Positions 26,037-38,300 of a DNA stretch of 64,000 nt are shown here, one piece after another (the first letter of the stretch is position 1; every line of letters begins with the position of its first letter). Source of the DNA: Ascidiella aspersa (taxonomy: Eukaryota); contig OZ004613.1 of the NCBI GenBank assembly GCA_963924565.1, positions 30,194,001 through 30,258,000 on the forward strand. Direction: 5' to 3'. The notes under the pieces are model-generated. The model saw only the letters and a program-made list of their open reading frames with translations. It made no database searches and was not told where the DNA came from. The position numbers were made by a program, and so were the translations under genes.

Positions 26037-29000
26037 CTGTGGGGTTAGGGGGTTCGGGGGTTTTAGGGGAAGGAGAAAGGGGTGTTAGGGTAATATGTAC
26101 TGTGTGTATGTGTGTAATAAGAGGGTAGTTTTGGCAAGAAGTAATTGTGATCAAATTGAGACATGATTTAGGACATTTTTACACGTGTTATAATGAAATT
26201 TCGCGCAAATGTATTTTTAAAGACTTGGTAATGATCGCGAAAATTGTTTCGCTGTGAAAATATAGGACTTTTACAACGTTACAAGGTGTAATTATAGATC
26301 TGAAATTGGGAATATATGCAATATAATGTTAAATTCATAACAAGGGCGATTATTTTACGTAGGTAAAAAGAAAAAAAGCTTGATCGGGCTAAAATCGAAC
26401 AAATCTTGGCTATAAGATTATTAACAGGTAAAAAAACAAGCGAACAACTTAAAAAACGCACAAAAGTGGTTAAAATGTGACAATCGAAACACTGTAAACA
26501 TCTCTTTCTTCAAGACACAAGCGGTGGAGTTAGTAATCTGTCGACAAAAAGTCGTCTCTGGTCGACAACCAATCTTTCGATCGCAATCAAACTCGCAAAA
26601 TGACGGTTTTCGATCAATTGCTACATGATGTGGACAAGCGAACAGGCAAAGTCCGGTTTGGTTAGCTTACAGCGTCTCTACGTCATGCATGCCGACGACA
26701 AATGTTGTGTTTTTTACAAAAAAACACCGTGCCACACTTTTGTTGGTTAGTTGGCTGAAGTTTTTTTGTTGTTGTACAAAAAGTGATTTTTGGTTGACGA
26801 AGTGAAGTTTGTGAAAGTTGTTTGGTGTTTGGCAGAGAAAAGGTAAAAAGAGTGAGAGAAAAATAAACAAGACAAAAAATGAATTGATTAGTAATCACAT
26901 CAATTTAAGCAACTAGTTATTAACCAAGCATTTAGGTTTTGTTATATAATTATAACAACCAAATTAAAGTGTGTTTTGTTTGGAAGCACAAGCTAGACAT
27001 CCGGTATAGCATGCCCTTTTTAAATGCTAAAATTATTACAACAGCTTATTATAAATAAAGTGTAAAACATATAATAGTTTAAGCATTTGACAGTTGTGGC
27101 AATTAAGTTTAAAAGCATCATGCAAACTACATTAAGCCGTTATATGGAATTTAAAGTAAAACATACAACATTTTTTTTGTAAGTTTACAATCGCTCAATT
27201 TATAAAAGCATTGTTGTAAACAGGATACTGCAAACTGTGTCAAGTTTACATAGAGAGCTACATCGGAAAGCTCAAATCGTTACATCGCCGATGGGCATGT
27301 TATGAACCAAACAAAAAGTGCTTTCTCACAGTATCATGGTTTGCCATGTTATAGATAAACTGATTAAATTTGACCACGGGCAACAAACAATAGGGCATTT
27401 TTGCATGAGCTTACTGCCGTAAAGCATTAAGAACCACAACTGTAAAGGCAAAATGGAAGTTACACATTGGGTTATTAACTATTTTATCACCAATATTTTA
27501 TGAAAAATTAGGATTTAAATACAATCTTTAGTAAGCTAAAAAGAAATAAGAACGAAGTGTTTGGTTAAATGTTTCCTTTCCAGAATTCCTTTGTAGGTTG
27601 AAGACAATTAAACGAAGCCAACACCAAAAGAAATAAAATGCATTTGGTAAAAACTTGTGTTTGGGTTGGATTTGAAAGTACAAAAGAAAAGTATACAAAT
27701 TGCAACTACTGCCGTTATTAGTAAACAGGTACAATTCTGAACATGCACATTTACATTAGGGCTTACATTTGAACAAATGCATAGCACGGTTGATAAAAGT
27801 GGTAAAGGGGTTGGTTACATAGAGAAAAAAGTTTGGGTCACAACAATAAAAACATGTTACATTCCAAAAGCAGTTAAATGTACCCATTACACATGCAATT
27901 ACGATTTTATTAAAGTGTGCCGAATTAGGTGAAATATATGTGAGTTAGTAGTTACAGCATTACACCATTAAATGTGTGCCTTTATTTGAATAAAAGTTTC
28001 TACCTTTGAAAAGGCACAAGATTTTGTTTTTTGCACAATGATTTTTATTTACATAGAAAGGTGAACAGTACAAAGTGAAACTCTATTTCTGAGGAAACTC
28101 GAAGGCACTTTTTTGCGGCTGCATCGAATAAAATTGAAAAGTGGAACATTTAAAAGGTATCAGATGGATACGAAATAAAAACAGCGAAACTGACAAATAT
28201 GAGCAGCATATTTTCAAGGTTGGTAGTTTCAAGTTCCACACTTCTATAGTTGGGAGAAAATGGCGAAAATATATGGACGGAAAAGTAGCAGATAAATTGC
28301 AAAACACTACAATGCATAATAACAATAACACAAGCACACAAAAACAACTGATCAAAACCTGGACGCTTTTTAAAAAATAAATATTTGTGATTTGTCAAAT
28401 GAGGCGAAGTTACTGATTAGTGTGCTAAAGAGGTCTGCTATTTAACAAGTAGTGTGGTGTTAAAACAAAATAAGAAAGTGACTACTGCATGTTTGATTGG
28501 TTGTACGGAGGAGTACAAAATTATAAAAAAAAACATAAAAAAGTGTTAGGTTTGAATAGTAGTATTTTGTTAACGACTAAGGATTTACTAAACCTAATAA
28601 ATGGCTAAATCCATAAAAAAAAATTGTTTGTGTTAATAAAAATATTTCAAATTGCTACCTAAAAATTACCATCCCGTCTAAGTTAACTAAACAATTAGGT
28701 TCCTTGTAAAATAAAGTGTGATCGACTTTATGTTTCATGCACACTAGATGTGTTAGTGTGTAAATATCTTTTTATAAACAAAAAAAGGTAAAATATGCCA
28801 AACACAAAGATATAATGATTAACTATCAACAACCGACCATCAAAGTTAGTTCCCTAGACAAAAAACTTCAAACAAAATGATTTTAATAATATTTTGAAGT
28901 TTTTTGTCCAGAAACCGTTTTGCTAGCTTGGTCATGACAATTTCACGAGTTATTCTTTGTTGTCTGGCATATTTAAGGTTACTTTGCAATGTAATACTTG

Positions 29001-29301
29001 ACAGCCATTTACAGAGTGCAATTAAAACGCAGTAAATTGCATGGCCAGACATAGGCAGTACAACAAGCTAGGCCTCTAATAGAATAATATGGCGAAAAAT
29101 AATATCTGTACAGGGTGATATATAGAAAACCGATAGAACATATATGAAACTACAAACGTAGAAAAATGGTCATCGCACAATAGTATTTTCATAGCGAATG
29201 CAACAAAACACAATAAAGCGGAGCCTGATTGGGCCAGGTACCATCAGAAAGGACCTAGCAAACACCTTGAAAGAGAGAGTTTGTTTAGTAATATAAAGCG
29301 C

Positions 29302-29384
29302 CTAGGGATTACCTGCTGGCCTTTGGTACGGGTGCACCCGGTTAGCGGCCTGAGGTCTTATAACCTTTGCACCTCCAGGTGAGC
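29302..29384 (-). CDS. QKI: quaking QKI-5-like terminal exon with RVHPYQR nuclear localisation motif
   Basis: ctaaccctacag acceptor; [27 protein letters not shown]. An internal donor G|GTAATC lies at 29312. Confidence 0.88.
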
Positions 29385-32300
29385 CTGTAGGGTTAGAGGA
29401 AATTCGAGTTACTGCATAATTACATGCACAAATAACACACTACATTGCATTGCCCAATTGCGTACCGACGCTAGATGAGTGACTACCATGCTTGGTTTAA
29501 AATAGTACAACAAAGCATAGGGAGTTATTATTTAGCACACCAAATTAATTCTACATTTGAGAATAAATCGAAAAATACAAGACATCTGATATAGAATACA
29601 ATGATTGCTTTGTATATCACTGTCTTGCAATTAACTGATCATAGTTAACTTTTTTGTAATTTTGATGTACCGCCTTTTAAAAAAAGAAATTTGCAAGCAG
29701 TGTAAAAAAGCTGCCGCTTTTCAAAATTTTTTCTGAAAAAACAACATGATAATTTAACTTTTTTTCCACTTGAAACACGAGTAATTTGATTTGTCTGACA
29801 GCTTTTGCCACCAAGCCTTACATCTTTGTCACCCAGATGTGATTAGGCAATGCAAAAAAAATCAAGCACACTTTTTAACAAAATGCAGGTTTTGTGCAAT
29901 GAACAATTAATTAGGAAAGATGCATCCTCAAAAAGAAAACTAATGTACAGAGCTTTGGCAAGGCGATTTTTGAGGTATGCAACATTTAGGAAAGTGTTTG
30001 GTTTAGGTATTATTAACATAATATCTTTACACAAAGGCATCTGTACTTTTGGTTAGGTGGATTTAGGATTTGTTTAATTTGTGTGATTGTTATGAGCGCC
30101 AACTAAAAATGAGGTAGCTTCATAATTGAAAAGGTAATGCATAAAAACATCACAATTTTGCTAAAAGTATCACAAACAAAGGTCACTTTACTGCTTCAGC
30201 GTTTTTCACATGTGTAGATGTGCTTTACCTGAAAAACAAAAAAAATCACTGAGAAAAGCTGAAAAGGCATTTTTAATGGCAAAAAATTAAAAATTTTAAG
30301 ACAACTATCCATATTCAGTAGCACGCAGAGTGTTTATAGACATTGTTTAAAATAGATTAACCTTTGATTAAACGTTCAAAAAATGCGACCCACTTCTGTA
30401 TGGAATTTGTCATTTATTCTACGTCTAAGTATTTAGTTTTTAATAGAAATTTCGTTCAAGGGATTTTCTACAGTGTTGTGTTCTACAAAGAACTGCAGTA
30501 AATCGGACCGGCTACATTTTTAAACAAAATAAATTTTCCTATCTGTTGTTTTAGGTGAAAACTGGCAATCGAGCTTGCTTGAGTCATTAAAGTTTCATGC
30601 TGCCAGGCAGTGTTCTGAGATTAGCCTTACTACAAGCAGATTATCTCGGCAGTTTTGTAAAAAGAACAACAAACAGCAGCCCGTCAACGCCCACGGTTTA
30701 TAAACAGATCTGAAGCTGAGCACTTGAAAAATGTGGCTGCAGGCAATTACAAGAAGCACAGAGCCATGCTAAGAAGTAAGTGTGCATGACCTATTTCAGC
30801 GGAGCAATTTTCTACTGGCACTAAGTTGCCAAGTGCTTAAGCAATCAATTTTCTTGGGGTTCAGCCGAGCCGACATTCCCCTCGCTAAACTTTAAGCCTA
30901 ATTGTAGTTTGGCGTGCAGGTATGCAAGGCCTCGTTGTGAGTACAAAAACAAGTCCAGGAAAACAAATCCCTACAGTAATCTTAAGGAGAAAGTAAGGCC
31001 AGTAGTTCAAACAGTGTAAAGCAATGCGGCCCAAAACAACACTATGACATGACTCGACACTGTTTAGGAACAAAGAATGATTTACGGTATTACCTTTTTT
31101 TTTGAGCATATTGTTGGATATTTTAGTGAAATGTGGTAGAAATACCAAGCCCATATAGAAGTAGGTAACAACAAAGAGTTATTCGCAACATAGAAAAACA
31201 AACATCCTCTAATGGGCTTTTATACTCTATTACTGCAATTTTTTTGCAGATATAAAAATATCACTTGATTTTTTTTACTAAAATGATATCTTCATCTGCG
31301 ACAAAAATTTTGGAATTTCTGTCAATCTTACCTATTAAGCTGCTTGGATCTACAAAACTGTAGTCGAAGGGTAGGCCAGTGTGTGGGTATTCAATGGGGG
31401 TGTAGTACAAAAGGGAGCCGTCTGATGGAGCCAGCACCTGGGGGGTGGTTTGGGCAGAAAGACCATTCGTCATGATCGTCTGAAAAACAGTCAACAATCA
31501 CAATTAATGTTTGCTAACTTTATGAGTTCATGAACTGAAAAAAACATGCAAATGTTGTTTCTATTCTTATAATGACTTAATTTGTTGATTTTTTCCTGTT
31601 TTTTTTACTTTATGGTAGCAGGATTAACCTTGCTATTATTATAAAATGCTTTTGGTAAACCCATTTTTACTTTATTTCATCAGACATTTTTATATTTATA
31701 CCAACTTCCAAAAGACAAAATGATAAGTGCTGTTAAGATTAATCAAGGTTTTTAATAGTGAGCGTAAACATTTTGCAATAATAATATTAAATAGAAATTA
31801 ACTAGAATTGTTTTTTAAACGTTTTCAGAAACATTATTTTATTAGAAATCAATACCAATGTAATTTCATAGTCTAAAATTTGAAATTTAATAAACTAAAA
31901 ATAAAACATTCAGTGCAGAACAAATTTTACTGCAACATTAGGCTATTAACTAGAACTTCAAACTGCAAATATGCAGTGAAAAACATTTTTTTACCTGTCC
32001 ATTTGGTAACCTTAGGAAGGGGCTGTTGAAGCTCATGAGGGGAGGTTGTCCGGGGGTCGGGGCCCTAATGGCCGGCCCCTGCAACATGTGGGGGCTCGTG
32101 ATCAACTTTGGCTGGCCTGGAGGCAAAAAATAGGGATAGGATTTTATAATTTTGTACATTATTTTCGAAAAATAGACAATGAATAAAATGAACAGTGTTT
32201 TTAGTCAAAAACATTGACTTTGTTGCAAAGGCATACCAATATAATATTTAATATCTGACATAGTTTTTACTAAAGTGTTATTTTCTTGTCTACATTTTGG

Positions 32301-35300
32301 GTTATTTATTCCAACCAAAAATAGTCAAAATTGTAAAAAAAAAAACGTTTAAAAAATCATAAAAGATCACAGAACCCCAAAAAGCTCTGTAGTATCCAGC
32401 CCCTAATTAAGTTGCCATAGCAACCAGTTGTCTAGGAACCATAGCAACAGACCGCATAACTTCTATAGTTGTACCCTCAAATGCTAAAAATGTAACCAAA
32501 ACTGCTAAAGTTTATTGTATAGGTGGCTGATATTGATATCAACAATTAGATGAATACAGTATGCACAAAATGAACACACAGCCACAGTCTTTTTTTAATT
32601 AATCTTTATAGTGAGTTCAATTGCCAGAAAAAAAACGATAAAACGTGTTATTACCTGGAACTGAAGAGTAATCTCTGTAGGTTCCATTAATGATGGCCAA
32701 CTCCATAAGTTGCTTCTTCTTTAGTTCATCTTCCCCTTCCTATAGATCAATATGAAAGCATTTATTGAGAAATCACTTTTGTATCAAGCCGATGTTTTTA
32801 CAGCACCCTTGGCCACAAAATTAATCCCAGGGTGTTAAAAAAATAAGCCGATGAGTTTACTGCATCCACAGCTTGCATAGAATGCATTACTAATTAATGA
32901 CATCAATTTTTTATGTTTCTTAGCACTTGCACTGGACCCTGGCTCAGATTTTTCCTGAAGATAAAAGGCGACGTATTGAGACATTTACTAAATAACCTAC
33001 ATTATTTAGGTACACAAAAAATGATTATATGCTGCGCACTCATGTAGTCAACGTGAAAGCTTGAAATGTAAGCAAAGTACTTGCACATTTTGAATTGTAA
33101 TTATTGTTTGGAAAATATATCTTCACAGGGGTTTAGGTAATGTTAATTGCAAAAAGCGTTAGGTATATTTAGTTATTTGCTACACATGGTTGGAATTTAC
33201 ACTCCATTTCACAGCAAAAACAAAAAACATTTCACAACCTAATTTTTTTTTCAAATATATTGAAAACTTGTTCAGTATCTTTATACCTGTAACATGCCAG
33301 AATTTTTAAACAACCAATTGATTTTTAGAAGAAATCCTTTAGGCAATGTTACACCCATTTATCACAATGCAGGAATTCATAAATTGTGAGGTTTTTTTCT
33401 ACAAAATTATTTTATATTTTTACCAAAAAATTAGCTTTGCAGGAATATTAAAAAACTTGATACCTCCACTTCTATCTGACCACCAACATTTTATTAAACC
33501 AGTTGTTTTAAATTCAAACACGACTCACAGTGGGGATGAGCAGTTTGTTGATCTCCTCGATTGCTCGCTGCATCTTTACTCTTGCTCTGTTCTCTGTGTC
33601 CTCCACAGTGATGAGGACATGGAGTTCATCGCTCAGATGTTCCCAGTTCGGCTTCCCTCTGTTCATGTCCTCCTGGAATAAAATATGATGTTTAGAAAAT
33701 GTTTAGTTAAACATGTGAGGCGTTTATTAGAGAAGATTGTTAGAAAATGTTTATTGTGTAGTTTAGGCAGGTTTATATTATTTCTGAAACAAAACAAAAG
33801 TTGAAAAAAGTGTATTTCTAAATATATATATTTTTCATTCTGAAACAAACAGTTAAGGACATTTGTTAGAAAAGTGTTTTACAAAAACATGTTTCCTAGA
33901 ATAATTAGCCTGGTTGTTTTGCTACAAAATAGTATTTTACTTTTTGCAGTGCTACTGATTGCAACTCTAAAATGCTAATTTAAGTTTGGCATGTGTGCTT
34001 TTATTGTTTCTACAATTGTTTGTGCTGTATTTAAAGTTGTTTATTGCAACATACTTTATTGATAAAATGTCTTCTTTAAATCATTGTTTTAATTTCGTTT
34101 ATTAGCAGGCAAATATTGAGTCTTAATTTTTAATTTTTCCCTGGGTAATTTTCAGCACATCCACACGGCAACTAGTACAATTTAATAGCCTGCTAATATT
34201 TCACCACCTACATACAATCTCCCATTTCAACAAGTTCAGGACAGCAAGGAATTTATGAGGGAGTGGGCCAACGTGAATATGTTGTAATAAAACTTATGTC
34301 AGCGCCTAAATATTTGGAGTTACGGCGTAAATTCCAGGCGGCATTAGCCTAGGGCCATGTCAGCATTACCTCGGGCATCCAGTGTTTGGACAAAAGGCGC
34401 ATAATCAGGTTTGCTACGGTCAGCCGCGTTGACAAATTGACCGAAATTGACTTCTTTTTAACGCTGACCGTTTCGGAATATCGCTCGCTGCTGAACAAGC
34501 AAGAGACAACGAACATTTTTTTATTTTTTGCGTTAAATTCGCGCAAAACTAGATTTTACACCTTTTTGCATTTATGATTTTTGTTTTAGTTTTACAACTG
34601 TGTGCCATAGAAAAGCGGTGGGAAGCTATTTTTACTTTCTTGGTATTTCTGTATTGGAAAAAAATGAACAACAAGTTTTGGTTTTTCGACTTTTTTACTG
34701 GCCTTCTGCCTCATTAGTTTATTTGTATAGTTGCAAGACGCTAATCTAGGAAAAAGTGTTATTTTTTGTCAAATGCCCAAATGGTTTATGGAGCAAAGAT
34801 TCAAATTTTTTTGATTTGAGAGATATTATGAAGGAATGAACCGACTTAATACGTCGCGGCCTGAGAGAATATTTAAAAAAACGCGGCGGCATCGCGGTGT
34901 CCATTGTTAAAAGACGCGAAACACAAACGGAAATCAACAACATGACATAAACCCAGCTTTACTTCCCTTCAACAGAGCAGCGGCGAAATGTGCTCGCCAT
35001 CAGCAAAAACAAGAGACTCGACACTCGAGCACAGCGCCACGAACAAAGGGCCACTGTGAGCAAACAATGGACGCCGAAGCTTGCTTCTTTAGGCCAGCTC
35101 AAAGCTTAATTAAAAGGGATTGTCTTTCAGCGGAGCAGGCGCCATACTTGAGCGTCACTGAGGCGTAAAAAAACCACCCAAATTCTTTGTAACTCGCCGA
35201 CGAGCGAGAAACGGAAAAAAGCGTTTCGACTGTGACGTCATAAAACCAGTGCCGCTTCTAGAACGCGGTTGGCGTCGGTTCGAGGCCCATTGAAGGGAAT

Positions 35301-38300
35301 CGCTTAATTGTTTCGAGTGTCACCGAATCCGTGGAGCGGTTTGAAGTCGAAACAGCTGGAAAATCGCTTGAAAGTAGCTGGGTGAAGAACATGGTGAAAC
35401 AGCAGTAATGTACGTAAATGTACAACGTGCACTCCCAATGCTGCAAGCTTCATGGATTCATTTTGATTCCGTTATTAAATCGACGAACTGCACACGATGG
35501 GAAAATTTCCAAAACAACATGTCCGATTGTTTTTGGAACAAATGGGCTTGGAGCTATAGTTAAGGAAACTTAAACTAGGGTCCGTGGACTTCTTGGGGGT
35601 ACGTGGGTTAGTTTTTTGGAGTCCATGAAGTCCTTATGAAATCTTGATGTAGATAGCGTGTTAACTAACGCTTCGGCAAATTCTCCTTCAACGTATTTGG
35701 ACTCGATTTCATGTTCATATTTGCGCTGAAGTTAGACAGAAAACCGCAGGATGTTTTATGACGTCATCAATTTCATACCGGCCCTAAAGCACACGAAGCA
35801 AAAACGTTCAAGGAGGTCCTTGGTGGAAAAAACTTAAGGCCTGGTGTAGTTGATATTTCCGATAATATCGGATCGGTGTCCGATACTAGGGTGGCCGATA
35901 AATTTCAATTTCATCTATTTCGCTTGTTCGAGACTAGTAATGACGTCACTTGGTATCGGATTGCGATACCCTTTGTTAAAATTATCGGGTATCGGAATAA
36001 AATGGATATCAACTACAAACATTCCGGAGAAATGTTGCAAAAAATCCACTTTGTAGTATCTTTAAGTTCGAGTTTGTTGCAGAATTGTATCAAGTGCTGC
36101 CACATCCTCTTTATCTTGCAAGCGTGGTCGTGACTTCGACGTAGAGCCGACAAAAATGCGCACATTGGTGCGTAGGTGGGAAACGCGATACGGGCCTTCT
36201 TAAAAACAATGGGTCGCTTTTTACGACATAATCGACAATTTCGATGCAATACACATTTGTTGCCAACGTTTCGTTAAATATTCATGATGCGTTGGGCTAC
36301 GGAGACCCAATGCACAGATAGCAGGTAATTTGGAAACTTGCGGGCTTTCAAAGATGACAAAGATCCGATAATGCGGGAGATTATTTCGCAGATGTTAATT
36401 ACTTTTCACAAATCTTAAACATCATTGTGACCGAGAAAAAACAACAGAAATGCAAAAGAAATATTACTAAGGGCCAACTAAGACTTTATTGATGAAGTAG
36501 CTGGTTTAAATGAGAGGTGGAAGCAAAATGTTTTTTTTGAATGCAACGCCTGGAAAAAGGGACATAACCAGATAAAAAATTGCGTTTTTCAACTACGTTT
36601 TGGAACGTTCCGGCATACTCTTATCACTGGATTGAATAAAACCTAAACAAAAAATACCACATATATCGCTAACGATTGCTAGAATCAAATATTTGTTGAA
36701 ATGTTGATTATTGTATCAATCATGTCCAAAAAACATGTATAAATAGTCCATCTACGACTTTCAATATATGAAGCCCCGTTGATTTCCTTAACTTTAGAAC
36801 CATAAAACTTGCCCCGCTCGAATAACGCCATTAGCGGGTATTAATAAATAATGAAGTTACTGTCCCCGGGGTTCGATCACTCAACCTCGGGAACTTAAGG
36901 GTTGCTTCATAAATTATGTCAAGGCACTGAATCGCTGACTGATGTATAATTTGGTGACTGTTCTGATCCGAAGCTATTGGATCATGATAATCTATTACTA
37001 TTAATTTTGCAAACAAAACAACTGCGTACAGGTTGTACCGCGCTTTTTTGCACACTATACACACACTTTCCGCTTTCTATTAAAGTCATATTTTAGGTTA
37101 TCGTACAAATCAAGTATTACTCGTTGTACTGTATAAACGTCGAAATAAGAACTTTGTAATTCAATATAACAGTGGTTCTCAAGCATTTTAAGCTTGCAGC
37201 ACCAACAAGAAAAAAGTTCCTATAGTTATGAACACAGAAATATTAATCGTAATTCAATAGGATAGATTGTAGCAGCATTCACATCTCGCGTACCTGCTTG
37301 TAACACGAATTGGTTGGTTTTCCAAATTTAAAAAAGTTTCGCGGTACATTTAAGACCTACACGAAGAATGTAACTAATCTATAAAATAACCTGCCAATGA
37401 AGAACTGTCACGGTCTATTAAACTTAGATTTGTTTAACCTAGATGAACAGCGTCATGATTTACTGTGAAGTAAGACGTCACCTAGCGCATGCGCAGTGAG
37501 GTCCTTCTGTTGCCAAGGACATCTCGAAGGTAATCCAATTGCTCGTGTCCAAACAAAATACACCCCCTCCCTCCCCTGGGCCACGTAATCCTGATTATGA
37601 CGTTTCATGCGTGGCGCGACGCCCTAATCGCTGCAACCGCATCGTTTGTGACGTTGACAATCGACAACAAGGCGGATTTGGAATGCGCGTGCAATAGACA
37701 TAAGGATTTGGGTGCATCGAAATGCGATCGACGGAATTCAATGTTGTAAGAATATCAAAGCCCATACAGACGTAGTAGGCAATTTGTGAACGTTTCGAAT
37801 AGATCTTAATATAATATTTGGATTTTAGTTAGACGTAGAATGAATTTAAAAAGCCATACAAAAGTAGGTAATAATTCTTAATTCATTTTCAACATGTGAT
37901 ACCTAAATGCTACCTACTTCTGTATGGGCTTTGATATTGCAACCTCCATATTTCAACCTATTTCAACCTCCAGCCATTACCTTAAGATTTATTCAAAACG
38001 TTCACAAAATGCTACCAAGTTCTGTATGGGCTTTGATATTCTTATTACGTTTAACTACAACCTCCAGTCCAGCCATTATGCTTCAGGATTTGTTGTAATT
38101 TCGGCCGCCTATTGATCGGACGGTTTGACAGCTTTTATTTGGATTTCGCGCGGATCTTTCTGGACAGGTTCAGCGCCCTACGAATCGTGACAACTAATGG
38201 AGGCGGATTATTATTATTGGACATTTCCTGTAATCGGTTTATGCGCTCGTCTATTGGTTTGAGGGAGAACAAATTAGGTTTAACGATTTTGAAAGGCTGT

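Noticed and set aside
35265-35300. B-box-like GGTTCGAGGCCC
   Set aside because: No upstream A box or cloverleaf.
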